Shown here in pieces: positions 48,177-57,395 of a stretch of 64,000 bases of DNA. The notes under the pieces are model-generated. The model made no database searches. It was not told the origin of the DNA and worked only from the letters and a program-made list of their open reading frames with translations. The DNA is from an uncultured Alphaproteobacteria bacterium (GTDB taxonomy: Bacteria; Pseudomonadota; Alphaproteobacteria; Rhizobiales; Hyphomicrobiaceae). The stretch lies in the NCBI GenBank assembly GCA_963825555.1, contig CAWGTZ010000011.1:89301-153300 (forward strand), read 5' to 3'. Position 1 is the stretch's first letter; every line of letters begins with the position of its first letter. A program made the translations under genes and the position numbers.

Positions 48177-48284
48177 TGTCGGCCTCCCATTTTTTTGACA
48201 GCTTCAAAATAAACATAAAAATCGTAATTCATCGCTGTTCGATCGCGATGCGCTCAAATCTTGAGCGTCGACAGCGTTTATTCT

Positions 48285-48298
48285 TTGACGCATGTCAA
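48285..48298. promoter_or_regulatory. FNR/FixK-type box TTGACGCATGTCAA upstream of hsp20
   Basis: Perfect TTGA-N6-TCAA palindrome centred about 115 nt upstream of the hsp20 start, in an AT-rich 219-nt gap. Confidence 0.5.
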
Positions 48299-48395
48299 TT
48301 GCAGCCTCTTGGGCGCTCTGATCTTTTCTGTTTGCGTTTCACAGAATGACAAGCCGGAACAATTCAGCACACGACAAATGCTGCTCGGGCTGCTG

Positions 48396-48809
48396 CTACG
48401 TTTTATTCCGCTTGCGCAGCGCATCCATAACGATCTGTCTATGGTCGAATGCAAAATCTACCTCGCGCCAGGACTGGACCCAATCGGCAACCCGCGCATC
48501 ACTGCCAGCCTTGACGACGCCGCCTTCGGGTTCAGCGAGAAAGGCGACGGAACAGATGTGTCCGCGAGGATCTCGATCCGGCGCGGAATAGACACCAATC
48601 AGCGTCAGCGCAGCGCCAACAATTCCCGTCTCCTCAAGAAGTTCGCGGAGACAGGCGTTTTCGACCGTTTCACCGATTTCGACAAATCCACCTGGCAAAG
48701 CCCAGGCACCCTGAAACGGAGGGTTCTTTCGACGAATGAGCAACAGCCTGTCCTTGGCATCGAAAACGACACAGTCGACGGCAAGATGCGGCGTTTTCGG
48801 AAAGGACAT
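48396..48809 (-). CDS. NUDIX hydrolase
   Basis: Nudix box: GAWALPGGFVEIGETVENACLRELLEETG. Start taken at MSFPKTPHLAV. Confidence 0.85.
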   Translation of the reverse strand: MSFPKTPHLAVDCVVFDAKDRLLLIRRKNPPFQGAWALPGGFVEIGETVENACLRELLEETGIVGAALTLIGVYSAPDRDPRGHICSVAFLAEPEGGVVKAGSDARVADWVQSWREVDFAFDHRQIVMDALRKRNKT

Positions 48810-48928
48810 TTGGAGCCCTCCTCTAAGCAGAAAAATCCAGGGCCGATTGCGATATCGCCCTTGCCTACTTTTCCCAGGCCCGGTCTCGCGCAATGAATAC
48901 TGGCAAACTTGGCACGGCCACCCGTAAC

Positions 48929-50468
48929 CTACGACATGATGGCTTCGATCAGCCGGGGGCCTTTCCCAGCGATTGCACGCTCGAGTTCACGCGCGAGGGC
49001 CTCCGCCGTATCGACCGCGACCGAGGGCACGCCGAACCCTTCGCCGATCTTCACCCAATCGAGAAATGGATCATCCAGTGCCGCCATAGAACGTGTAATC
49101 GGACCTGAGCGGCTGACACCCGCACGTAAGAGTTCGACCTTGAGAATGTTGTAGCTCCGATTGGAGCCGATCACTGTCACGACATCCAGTTTTTCGCGCG
49201 CCTGGGTCCAGAATGCTTGCACCGAATAGGCGCCGCATCCGTCGGACTGGAAATTTATGACCTTACGCCCCGGACAAGCGAGCGCCGCACCTGTGGCCGC
49301 GCCCGGACCTTCCCCTATTGCTCCGCCGGTGAGCATGAGATGCGTGAAACGGGGCGCATGCCGCGAAGCCTCGAAATAGGGCACGCCAACTGTCAGTGCT
49401 TCGTCCATCACGATTGCCTCCGCCGGCTGCAGGCGAGCGATCACCGAGCATACCGATTGGGCTGCCAGCGGTCCCGTCGGGCTTACGGGCAACTTACCGG
49501 TCACATGCTCGACATCCTCCGGCGCACGCAGTTCGCAGGCTAGCGCTGCGAGCGCGCCGATCGTATCCTCGCCTGAACCCGACAGCAGCACCGTCTGCTC
49601 CTCCGTCGTAAGATGGCTAGGCTGTCCCGGGTAGCCGAAGAAGGCGACGGGCCGCCGCGTTCCAGCAATCACCACGCGCTCATAATGCCGGGTCACTTCG
49701 ATGGCCTGATCCGGGAAGTAAGGAAGACGCGTCGGCGCCGGGAGGCTCCCACCCCGTTCCATGCGCGCGAAGAACGTATCGCAGAGCAGATCAGCCCCAC
49801 TGACTGCCGCAATGCGTCCAGCAAGCTCGAGACCGGTATCCGAAAGTCCGGGTCCGCCGAGCAATAGAGCTGCGCGGCCGCCTTTCAGTGCGCGGGCCGC
49901 CTGTGCGACATTGCTCTCACAGAACGTCGTCTTCGGCGTCGAAGCGCATGCCGGGATCGCATCGTGTGTGTCGCCGGTCTGGCTATCATGCGGAACGATC
50001 AGGGTGGCAATCTGGCCGGCCCCTGCGCGCGTGGCTTCGATCAGTCGCTGTGAGATCCGCCGCAACCCTGGCCGCGCCTTCGTTGCGCATGACGAAACCG
50101 CTGACAAATCGTGCAAGGCCATCGATATCGCTCGCCAGAAGCGGATCAGAGGGGCGGTGCCAGGCTGCATGCTCACCAATAACATTAAGCACAGGCGTAT
50201 TTGCGCGCCGGGCATTGTGCAGATTGGTGAGCCCGTTGGCGAGGCCTGGTCCAAGATGCAACAGACACATGGCAGGCTTTCCCGCCATGCGGCCATAACC
50301 ATCGGCTGCGCCCGTCGCTACGTTCTCGTGCAGACAGAGAATGCCTCGCAGACCGGGTACGGCATCCATAGCCAGAACCAATGGCATCTCCGTGGTGCCT
50401 GGATTGGCGAAACATATCTCGATGCCGTTTTTGACGGCAGTGGCGACAAGTGCTTCCGCACCGTTCAT
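48929..50468 (-). pseudogene. Thiamine-pyrophosphate enzyme (acetolactate synthase-like), interrupted by a frameshift
   Basis: The N-terminal TPP_N domain (MNGAEALVATAVKNGIEICFANPGTTEM...) is in ORF 49986..50522. The middle and C-terminal TPP domains (...LIEATRAGAGQIATLIVPHD...GAIGEGPGAATGAALA...FQSDGCGAY) are in ORF 48929..50302, in another frame. The frames join near 50040..50060. Confidence 0.7.
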
Positions 50469-50895
50469 GCAGCATCCTTTCTGTGACCAGGGGACAGCTT
50501 CGCCATTCGCCCGCACAACCATCCATTACCCAGCTAAGCTGGGGTGATTGGCAAATGCGGTCAAGACCGTCGGAACCTCGGCATTTAAGCCATTCCGGCA
50601 CTCAGGGGGACGATCCACGGCGCTCCGGAACCGTCAAAAAAAACGACGCGAAGCACTCGCACTGGCGGGCAACCGAGCAACGTCCTGAGTGGATCTGACC
50701 GCCCTTGGTCATTTTCCTACTCGACTGCGGTCCTCACTGTCTTGCGATTCCGCCCTGGCTCCGTCCGCCGCGTGATCAACGGCACGTTCGTTCAGTATCC
50801 GCTCGGGTCGTCGGCCCCGTGGACGTGCGATTTCTCGGTCCCCGGGCTTCATCCGCTTTAGCCCGCAAGCCGATGGGCGGCTCAATTCGAGGTCG

Positions 50896-52530
50896 TCAAG
50901 GATGGGCAATCATCTCGACATTGTCGTGTTCCAGCACATCCATCTGGCTCGCGTAGACCTGAGATCGGATCTCAAAAAGACCCAACAGCGTCGCAAAGAT
51001 ATTATCATGCGACCATCGGAGCTTGCTGCGTTCTGCGAGCGTATCAATTCGGACGTCGTGTTTGATTCCGTCTCCGAGCCACATCACGGCAGGCACATGC
51101 TTCTGCGCATCTGGAGCAAACATATAAGGAGCGCCGTGCAGATAGAGTCCGTACTCGCCCAGCGACTCCCCATGATCGCTGACGTAAAACATGGCGGTCT
51201 CGAACCTATGATCATTCGCCTTGAGCAAGGCTATGACTTTCGACAGGAAGTAATCGGTATAGAGAATTGCGTTATCATACGCGTTGTGAATTTCCTCGCG
51301 AGTGCAAGATCCCAGATCGTTCGTCTCGCACACGGGCACAAACCGCTCGAATGATTTTGGATAGCGCTTGTAGTATGCGGGGCCGTGATTGCCCATCTGA
51401 TGCAGAACAATCAGGATGTCACCAGACTGGGCATCGATGTAGGACTGCAACCCCTCCAACATGCCTTCGTCACGGCATTCGCCGTCCTCGCACATCGTAT
51501 TCTGCTCGTGTGACTTGAAATTCTGATACGTCACCCGCTCGGCAACGCCTTTCGAACTTGAATTGTTGTCCCGCCAGAGAACACTGACGCCGGCCCGCGC
51601 CAGAACGTCGAGAGCCGTGTCGGTGGATTGTGCGACGGCCGTATCGAAATGCTTCTGCCCCAGGTTCGAGAACATGCATGGCACCGACTGGGCTGTCGAC
51701 GTACCACACGACCAGAAGTCCGGAAAATTGAGAACGTTTGCTTGCCGTAGCAAGGGCGTTGTATCACGCGAGTATCCGTTAAGACCCCAGTGATCCGCGC
51801 GCACCGTCTCGCCGACAACCATGATGACGAGTTCCCGGTGTCCATCGCGCGAAGCCTTGGTGGCATCCTGGCCGATCGCAACGTGTTTCCTCTGCGCAGC
51901 GGGGATACCGCTTGTGATGTGCCGCACGGTAGATATCAGGGCATATGTCGGGATCACCTTGCTCGTAACGTCGCGATGCTCTCGCAGAAGCGCAGCGTAG
52001 TGACCGCCGAACGCAAATCCCGAAACGGCGATCGCTGCCAGCGCCGCCCCGGCGAGCTTGAGCCGGGCGATGGTTTCAACCTTCCAATGTGGGAAGGTTA
52101 AACGGGTGCGCCAGACGGCAAGCGCCGGCATAAGTCCGAGCAGGCCGATCCAAACCAGAATCATAGGGTTCCAAAGATCCCCCGCCTCGGCGCTGTCGGT
52201 TTCCAAGGCATTGGCGATCATCTGGGCGTCGAAGATCGTCCCATACGCGTGGGCAAAATAAGCAAGCCCCGCGGTCACGATCAGAAAGAAGATCAGAACG
52301 GGTTTGACGAGCATCCGGTGACAGACCGCCGACAGCAGAAGAACGAAGAACGCCGTGAGGCTTATGAACAGCGAGACATAGAATGGCCATTGGGTTGCCG
52401 CCGCGCCGAATGCCTGAAAGGCTGCGGAGAAGAACGTCGCATTTGCAAAGAGCGCAACGAAAAGCGCCACAGCGACAATGATCTCTCCGCTGGTGTAGGA
52501 GCGCCCAAAGTGACGGAAAATTTTTTTCAT
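50896..52530 (-). CDS. eptA: Phosphoethanolamine transferase (EptA/MCR family)
   Basis: Five N-terminal TM helices plus a sulfatase-fold domain with VVGETVRADHWGLNGYSRDTTP and CGTSTAQSVPCMFS (catalytic Thr region). 544 aa. Confidence 0.85.
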   Translation of the reverse strand: MKKIFRHFGRSYTSGEIIVAVALFVALFANATFFSAAFQAFGAAATQWPFYVSLFISLTAFFVLLLSAVCHRMLVKPVLIFFLIVTAGLAYFAHAYGTIFDAQMIANALETDSAEAGDLWNPMILVWIGLLGLMPALAVWRTRLTFPHWKVETIARLKLAGAALAAIAVSGFAFGGHYAALLREHRDVTSKVIPTYALISTVRHITSGIPAAQRKHVAIGQDATKASRDGHRELVIMVVGETVRADHWGLNGYSRDTTPLLRQANVLNFPDFWSCGTSTAQSVPCMFSNLGQKHFDTAVAQSTDTALDVLARAGVSVLWRDNNSSSKGVAERVTYQNFKSHEQNTMCEDGECRDEGMLEGLQSYIDAQSGDILIVLHQMGNHGPAYYKRYPKSFERFVPVCETNDLGSCTREEIHNAYDNAILYTDYFLSKVIALLKANDHRFETAMFYVSDHGESLGEYGLYLHGAPYMFAPDAQKHVPAVMWLGDGIKHDVRIDTLAERSKLRWSHDNIFATLLGLFEIRSQVYASQMDVLEHDNVEMIAHP

Positions 52531-52855
52531 GGCTGTTAGAGATTCGGCGACTGGTGCCGCCCCCCGGAAAGTTGAATTCAGCCGGCGACCGGGCTAACCG
52601 ATCTGCACCGAAAGACACTTCAGTGCGCTCAACGCAGGAGACCGTCGCAGGTATGCCTCCGCTCTCATCGTCGTACAATCCGGCGGAATTTGGAGCAGTC
52701 ATCCCGTCTGGAGTGGATGCCGCGCCTGACTTTGCGCACGTCTCCGCCCTACCGCCCTTGATACGGCGCAGAAAAGCGGCCGCATGGGGCACTTTATCAT
52801 TTAAGTACATAGCTTTAGGTCTGTTGCGCCATCCTCGTCTTGAGGCTGCGGAACT

Positions 52856-53761
52856 TCAAGTCCCGTCCATCTGGCGGACCGGACGAGGCGGGACTGGCGC
52901 AATGATGTATGTCACGTCCTGCCGGCGCTGAAGCGCGAAAGGTCCGCTCGGAAGCGGTTCGCCATCAATCTGCGCAGCGACCTCCCCGCTCAACACCTTG
53001 GCGTGTTCCACGGCTGTCACGTCTATCGTGGAAGCGGATCCAAGTCGCCCCGCGGCGAGCCGGATCAGTTCAAGCAGGCGCGCCCTTCGCGTCGTCGCGC
53101 GAGAGATGAAGGCCATCAGCGTGGGTTCGACCAGGCCTGTCTGATCGGTCAACAGAAAGCGACCTCCGTAGCGTGCCGCATTGCTGATCAGTATCCAGGA
53201 GGCCTGCGAGATGTGCCCGTCGATGGACACATCGAACAACCGCGGCTTCTTGAAAAGCGCGCGAAGAACTGGAGCCACGTACGCGAGTTTGCCGACGGCT
53301 TGAATGGACGAGCGGGAGAGCCCGCCAATAACGTCTCCATCGAACCCAGCCCCGAACATCAGCAGAAAAGGCGTCCCATTCACGAGACCGCCGGCGATCG
53401 GATGCGTGGGACCATGCATCAACAGATCCGCTAGCGCGGAGACCTCCGCCGGCATACCGAGTTCCTCAGCCAGCACATTGCCGGTCCCGTTCGGAATTAT
53501 GCCGAGCGGGATCTGCGCCGAGACGAGCGACTTGGCCATGGCGCGAATACTGCCATCTCCCCCGGAAATCACGAGCGCATCGTACCGGCAGGCGGCACCG
53601 CCGACCTGAGACAGGCCCTCGGACAGTTCGAAGATGTCTGCGACGGCACCTTTGCTGCGCAGTTCCTCGGCTACGCCGCCGGCAAGACGGGTACCGTTCC
53701 GCCCCGCGGCCGAATTGTGCAGGATGAGAAAGCGCAGTCGGGGCACGGTCCTTGTAATCAT
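52856..53761 (-). CDS. Diacylglycerol/lipid kinase family protein (soluble DAGK_cat, YegS/LCB5-like)
   Basis: RFLILHNSAAGRN..., DALVISGGDGSI and GIIPNGTGNVLAEELG motifs. ATG 53761 chosen over the longer ORF. Confidence 0.8.
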   Translation of the reverse strand: MITRTVPRLRFLILHNSAAGRNGTRLAGGVAEELRSKGAVADIFELSEGLSQVGGAACRYDALVISGGDGSIRAMAKSLVSAQIPLGIIPNGTGNVLAEELGMPAEVSALADLLMHGPTHPIAGGLVNGTPFLLMFGAGFDGDVIGGLSRSSIQAVGKLAYVAPVLRALFKKPRLFDVSIDGHISQASWILISNAARYGGRFLLTDQTGLVEPTLMAFISRATTRRARLLELIRLAAGRLGSASTIDVTAVEHAKVLSGEVAAQIDGEPLPSGPFALQRRQDVTYIIAPVPPRPVRQMDGT

Positions 53762-53996
53762 CGCGCCAACGCCGCTGCCGTCCCGCGGACCGCGGGAAGC
53801 TGGATATCCGTGAACACCATAAGATGCGGACGCGGGATCGGTATTCGGCATCATCGCGCTAGTATCTGTAGCCAGCCCCGCAGGCAAGCGGTTCCAAGTC
53901 CGCACCTGTGAAAGTGGCGGCTTTCCGCGAAAGACAGACGGCGAACACCGACTTGCGCCGCAGCTGGATCGTGAACCCGCGCCCTGCAGAGCAGGC

Positions 53997-55772
53997 TCAG
54001 AACGGGAAGAAAAGCGGAATCACCAGCACTGCGACCACCGCGAAGATCAGATTGAGCGGCAAACCTACGACGAGGAAGTCCCGGAAACGGTAACCTCCGG
54101 CGCTATAGACAAAGGTGTTGGTCTGGTACCCGATTGGAGTGGCAAAACTTGCGGAGGCCGCGAACATCACTGCCATGATGAACGGTCGCGGATCGAAACC
54201 TAATTCGACGGCAAGCGCGATCACGATCGGACCGATCAGTACCGCCACGGCATTGTTGCTCACGACTTCCGTCAGGGCACTTGTCAGGACATAAACAGCG
54301 GCGAGGACGGCGAGCGGCCCCGCTCCTCCGACCAGCCCAACGACTTTCTCGACAATTAGACGTGCGGTGCCCGTCTCTTCCAGGCCCATGCTCAGACCGA
54401 GCATCCCGAAGATCATGAACAGGATGCGCCAGTTGATAGCGTCAAAGGCTTCTTCGGGATCGACGCAACGGGTCATCATGACAATCACCGCGCCAATGAC
54501 CGCAAGGCCGGCGATCGGCATCACATCGAGCGCGGCAAGCCCCATCACGCCGAGGATGGTCGCTATGGCAATTGGTGCCTTCGCCCGGCGCAAGGCCCGC
54601 TCGGTGGGTGCAGTCAAGTTGATGATTCCGCCATCCTCCATCAGTCGCTTGACACCTTCTGGCGGACCTTCCAGCAGGAGCGTGTCAGCGAACTGTAGGC
54701 GAATGTTGTCGACGCGGTCAGAGATATTCTGGTCGTTACGGTGCACCGCCATAACGTAGATGCCGTACGTGCGTCTGAGCTGCAATTCGCCCAGCTGGCG
54801 CCCGCGCAGATGCGAATTGGGACCGACGCTGGCTTCCATCAGAACGGTCTGTTCTGCCGTGACGGGTTCGAAGCCCTTTTCCTCTATGTCGCGAAACTGA
54901 AGATGCCCATCGTCTTTCAGAGCAAGTATTTCCCCTGTCGCAGTTTTCAGGACCACGCGGTCTCCTGGCTGAAGGACGAGGTCATTCATCGTGCGCCGCA
55001 TAGAGACCTCACCGCGGATAACATCGAGAATTCGCGCCTGCTCCGTGTCGAAGGGAAGGTCAGCGAGCTTTTTGCCGACATACCGTGAATCAGCGGGGAT
55101 CAGGAGCCTGGCCATGAACTTGCGCTTGTTCTCCTGCCCAAGGATACTCGCCAACGATGCCCGCTCGGGCAACAGAAAGCGCCCGGCAAAAATCATGTAG
55201 AGCATGCCGACGGAAGCGAAAACCAGCCCCGGCATTGTCATCTCGAACATCGAGATCGGCGGCTGACCGGCGTCGATAGCCACGCCGCTCATGAGGATAT
55301 TGGTTGATGTTCCAATCAGGGTCAGCGTGCCGCCAAATATTGCTGAAAAGGACAAGGGTATCAGGAGGCGAGACGGTGCAACGCCGACGCTTGCGGCCAC
55401 CGAGATCACTACTGGAGTGAGCAGGATCACGATGGGCGTGTTGTTCATGAAGGCCGACGCGAGCACGGCGCTGAACATCATGATCAACATGGTGCGCAAG
55501 TATGAACCACGCGCCTGACGCCGTAGCAGACCGGCGAGAATGGCAAGCACTCCAGTCCGCTCCAAGGACGCGGAAATGATGAACATCATGGCGATTGTGA
55601 TCGGCGCACTGGAACTGAAGACCCTGAGAAAATCCTGGGTCTCGAGGATGCCCGTTGCCAACAGTGCCGCCGAGGCACCCAGCGCGGTAACCTCCGGAGG
55701 ATAGTACTCCTTGAAGAAGCTCAGAAAGACGCCTCCAAGAAGGATAAGAACGAAGATCTGATCGAGCGTCAT
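53997..55772 (-). CDS. SLC13/DASS-family permease with two TrkA-C domains (paralog of 24644..26518)
   Basis: Same architecture as the first copy (VGKKLADL...GDRVVLKT; RGRQLGEL...ADTLLLEG). ATG 55772 (MTLDQIFVL) is preferred to TTG 55820. Confidence 0.8.
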   Translation of the reverse strand: MTLDQIFVLILLGGVFLSFFKEYYPPEVTALGASAALLATGILETQDFLRVFSSSAPITIAMMFIISASLERTGVLAILAGLLRRQARGSYLRTMLIMMFSAVLASAFMNNTPIVILLTPVVISVAASVGVAPSRLLIPLSFSAIFGGTLTLIGTSTNILMSGVAIDAGQPPISMFEMTMPGLVFASVGMLYMIFAGRFLLPERASLASILGQENKRKFMARLLIPADSRYVGKKLADLPFDTEQARILDVIRGEVSMRRTMNDLVLQPGDRVVLKTATGEILALKDDGHLQFRDIEEKGFEPVTAEQTVLMEASVGPNSHLRGRQLGELQLRRTYGIYVMAVHRNDQNISDRVDNIRLQFADTLLLEGPPEGVKRLMEDGGIINLTAPTERALRRAKAPIAIATILGVMGLAALDVMPIAGLAVIGAVIVMMTRCVDPEEAFDAINWRILFMIFGMLGLSMGLEETGTARLIVEKVVGLVGGAGPLAVLAAVYVLTSALTEVVSNNAVAVLIGPIVIALAVELGFDPRPFIMAVMFAASASFATPIGYQTNTFVYSAGGYRFRDFLVVGLPLNLIFAVVAVLVIPLFFPF

Positions 55773-56498
55773 AAGGAGGCTTTCGAAGAGGCCATGGGAC
55801 GATAGCGAGATAAACGACAAAGGGTATCTTGTCAGCCGTTTAGCCGCGCGTGGGGACGGAAAGCGCGGCGGGAGACGGGCGGCCGCTTGCCAGGCCCCGC
55901 TCTAGAAATGCCCCAGGGTGCCCGGTGCCGGTGCGGCATGCCTCGATGGGACACCCGTTGAAAGACCATGCGGGGATCTTGAGGGAACCTCCGCCGAAAG
56001 CTAAGGGGGAAGTAGAAAGAGGCTGCCAGCGCTCAAGTTCACAGGCGGCACACCCGCCGAGGCCAAGCGGACGCCCCCTCCCGACGCTTTGGGATACAGG
56101 CGTATGAGGCGCCAGCCGTCCATCTCGGCCTTCAAGCGTCGATCTGTAAGCGAAACTGGCAGCGACGAAGCCGGGGGCGTCCTCCTCATGGGCATCAGAC
56201 GGCCGAGAGGCTTCGAGCATAATTCGGCTCTTGAAGGGCAGGACAGCTCTCTCGACTTTTCCCCCTGCAACCGGACTGCGATGGTCTTTGCTTCAACACC
56301 CGCTGACACTCGGGACAGGACACCGGCTCAGAACCTGATCAAGGGTATCACTCTCTGGAGCAGTCCATCCGCCGAAGAGAAGAAGCCATTCTGCGATGCC
56401 TATCGTCCTGCCCGACCGATGCAGAAATCGAATATGTTCAGAATGAAAATACTACCCGGGAAACTGACATGCTCGGCTTTAAGCGGAATACAGTTCGG

Positions 56499-57386
56499 CT
56501 ACATCGGCCTCGAACGCAGGATCTCGTAGCCAGAAACGATGTCCATGAGTTCCATGGTGATCGCATCCTGGCGCAATCTGCGAAAATCGGCCGTCATCTC
56601 TTCCAGCTTGTCGTTAATGCTGCGCTCGGCTCTCTGCATGGCCTGGAGCCTGGCTGCATTCTCGGCAGCGAGAGAAGCCAGAGCGGCGTCATACAGGTCC
56701 GCCAGGAGGCTCTGACGGACGAGCCAGGAAAAGAGGGCGTCAGGCGGTGCGCTAAATGTGGAAAGACGTCGCGACGGCCAAGGCTTCTTCTGGAGAGATT
56801 TCAGATGATCAATCCGCAGCGGCATTAGGACGTGAGCCCGAGGTCCGATCTCGCCTTTCTCATCTCGCCGATTGAAGATCGTGGAGATCCATTGAACTTT
56901 CCGGGTTTTCAGAAGCGTATCAAGGCGGATCAGGATGCGCTCGCAGCAATCGCTTATCCCCTGCACTGATCCGGCGAGCGGCATCATTGCATCAATTTCG
57001 ATTCCCATACGCTCCAAGCGTATGGCCGCAAGATTCCCAACGGGAAGAATGTGCATCTCGTCGGGACCAAGATGTTCGCGTGCTAAATGCCGTTGCGTAA
57101 GCTCGACCACCGTTTCGTTGAAGTTCCCGCATAGGCCCCGGTCCGAACCGAAGACGACGAGTGCTTGCCGGCCTCCGTGATGAGTGCCTGCCGTTGTTCG
57201 GGGCGGGTGCTGCTTCAGAACAATCTGCAGACCCTGGTCGATCGTCTGGCGAAAGAGCCGCAGAGACGCTTCCGCCTTTTCGAACTGCCGCACGTTGATG
57301 GCCGACAGCGTCTTCATGCTTCGCGCGAGGGATTGCAGGTCCTTCGTCGTCTCGATCCGCTGGGTTAGGGTCTCAAGTGTTTCCAT
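56499..57386 (-). CDS. atpG: N-type (alternate F-type) ATPase gamma subunit
   Basis: METLETLTQRIETTKDLQSLARSMKTLSAINVRQFE... and C-terminal ITMELMDIVSG. It is the last gene of the atpDCQRBEFAG order. Confidence 0.85.
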   Translation of the reverse strand: METLETLTQRIETTKDLQSLARSMKTLSAINVRQFEKAEASLRLFRQTIDQGLQIVLKQHPPRTTAGTHHGGRQALVVFGSDRGLCGNFNETVVELTQRHLAREHLGPDEMHILPVGNLAAIRLERMGIEIDAMMPLAGSVQGISDCCERILIRLDTLLKTRKVQWISTIFNRRDEKGEIGPRAHVLMPLRIDHLKSLQKKPWPSRRLSTFSAPPDALFSWLVRQSLLADLYDAALASLAAENAARLQAMQRAERSINDKLEEMTADFRRLRQDAITMELMDIVSGYEILRSRPM

Positions 57387-57395
57387 GGCGCAGCC

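Noticed and set aside
48177-48284. ROSE-like or fourU RNA thermometer in the AU-rich hsp20 leader (hairpin CATCGC-N9-GCGATG, U-runs upstream of the GGGAGG SD).
   Set aside because: I could not find a convincing anti-SD segment pairing with GGGAGG, and the conserved ROSE features are not recognisable by eye. It would need folding software to test.
55841-56340. Possible RNase P RNA, tmRNA or TPP riboswitch in the long spacer. Fragments such as GGGGAAAAGTCGAGAG on the minus strand, CAGGGTGCC, GGTGCGGCATGCC and GAACCTGATCAAGG superficially recall conserved blocks of these RNAs.
   Set aside because: The defining motifs are not actually present. There is no GGAAAGTCCGGGC / ACAGAACCCGGCTTA pair for RNase P. 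There is no CTGAGA followed by the P3 helix and ACCTGATCTGGATAATGCCAGCG for TPP. There is no tag ORF or tRNA-like end for tmRNA. The TPP-like bit is also on a strand with no downstream gene.
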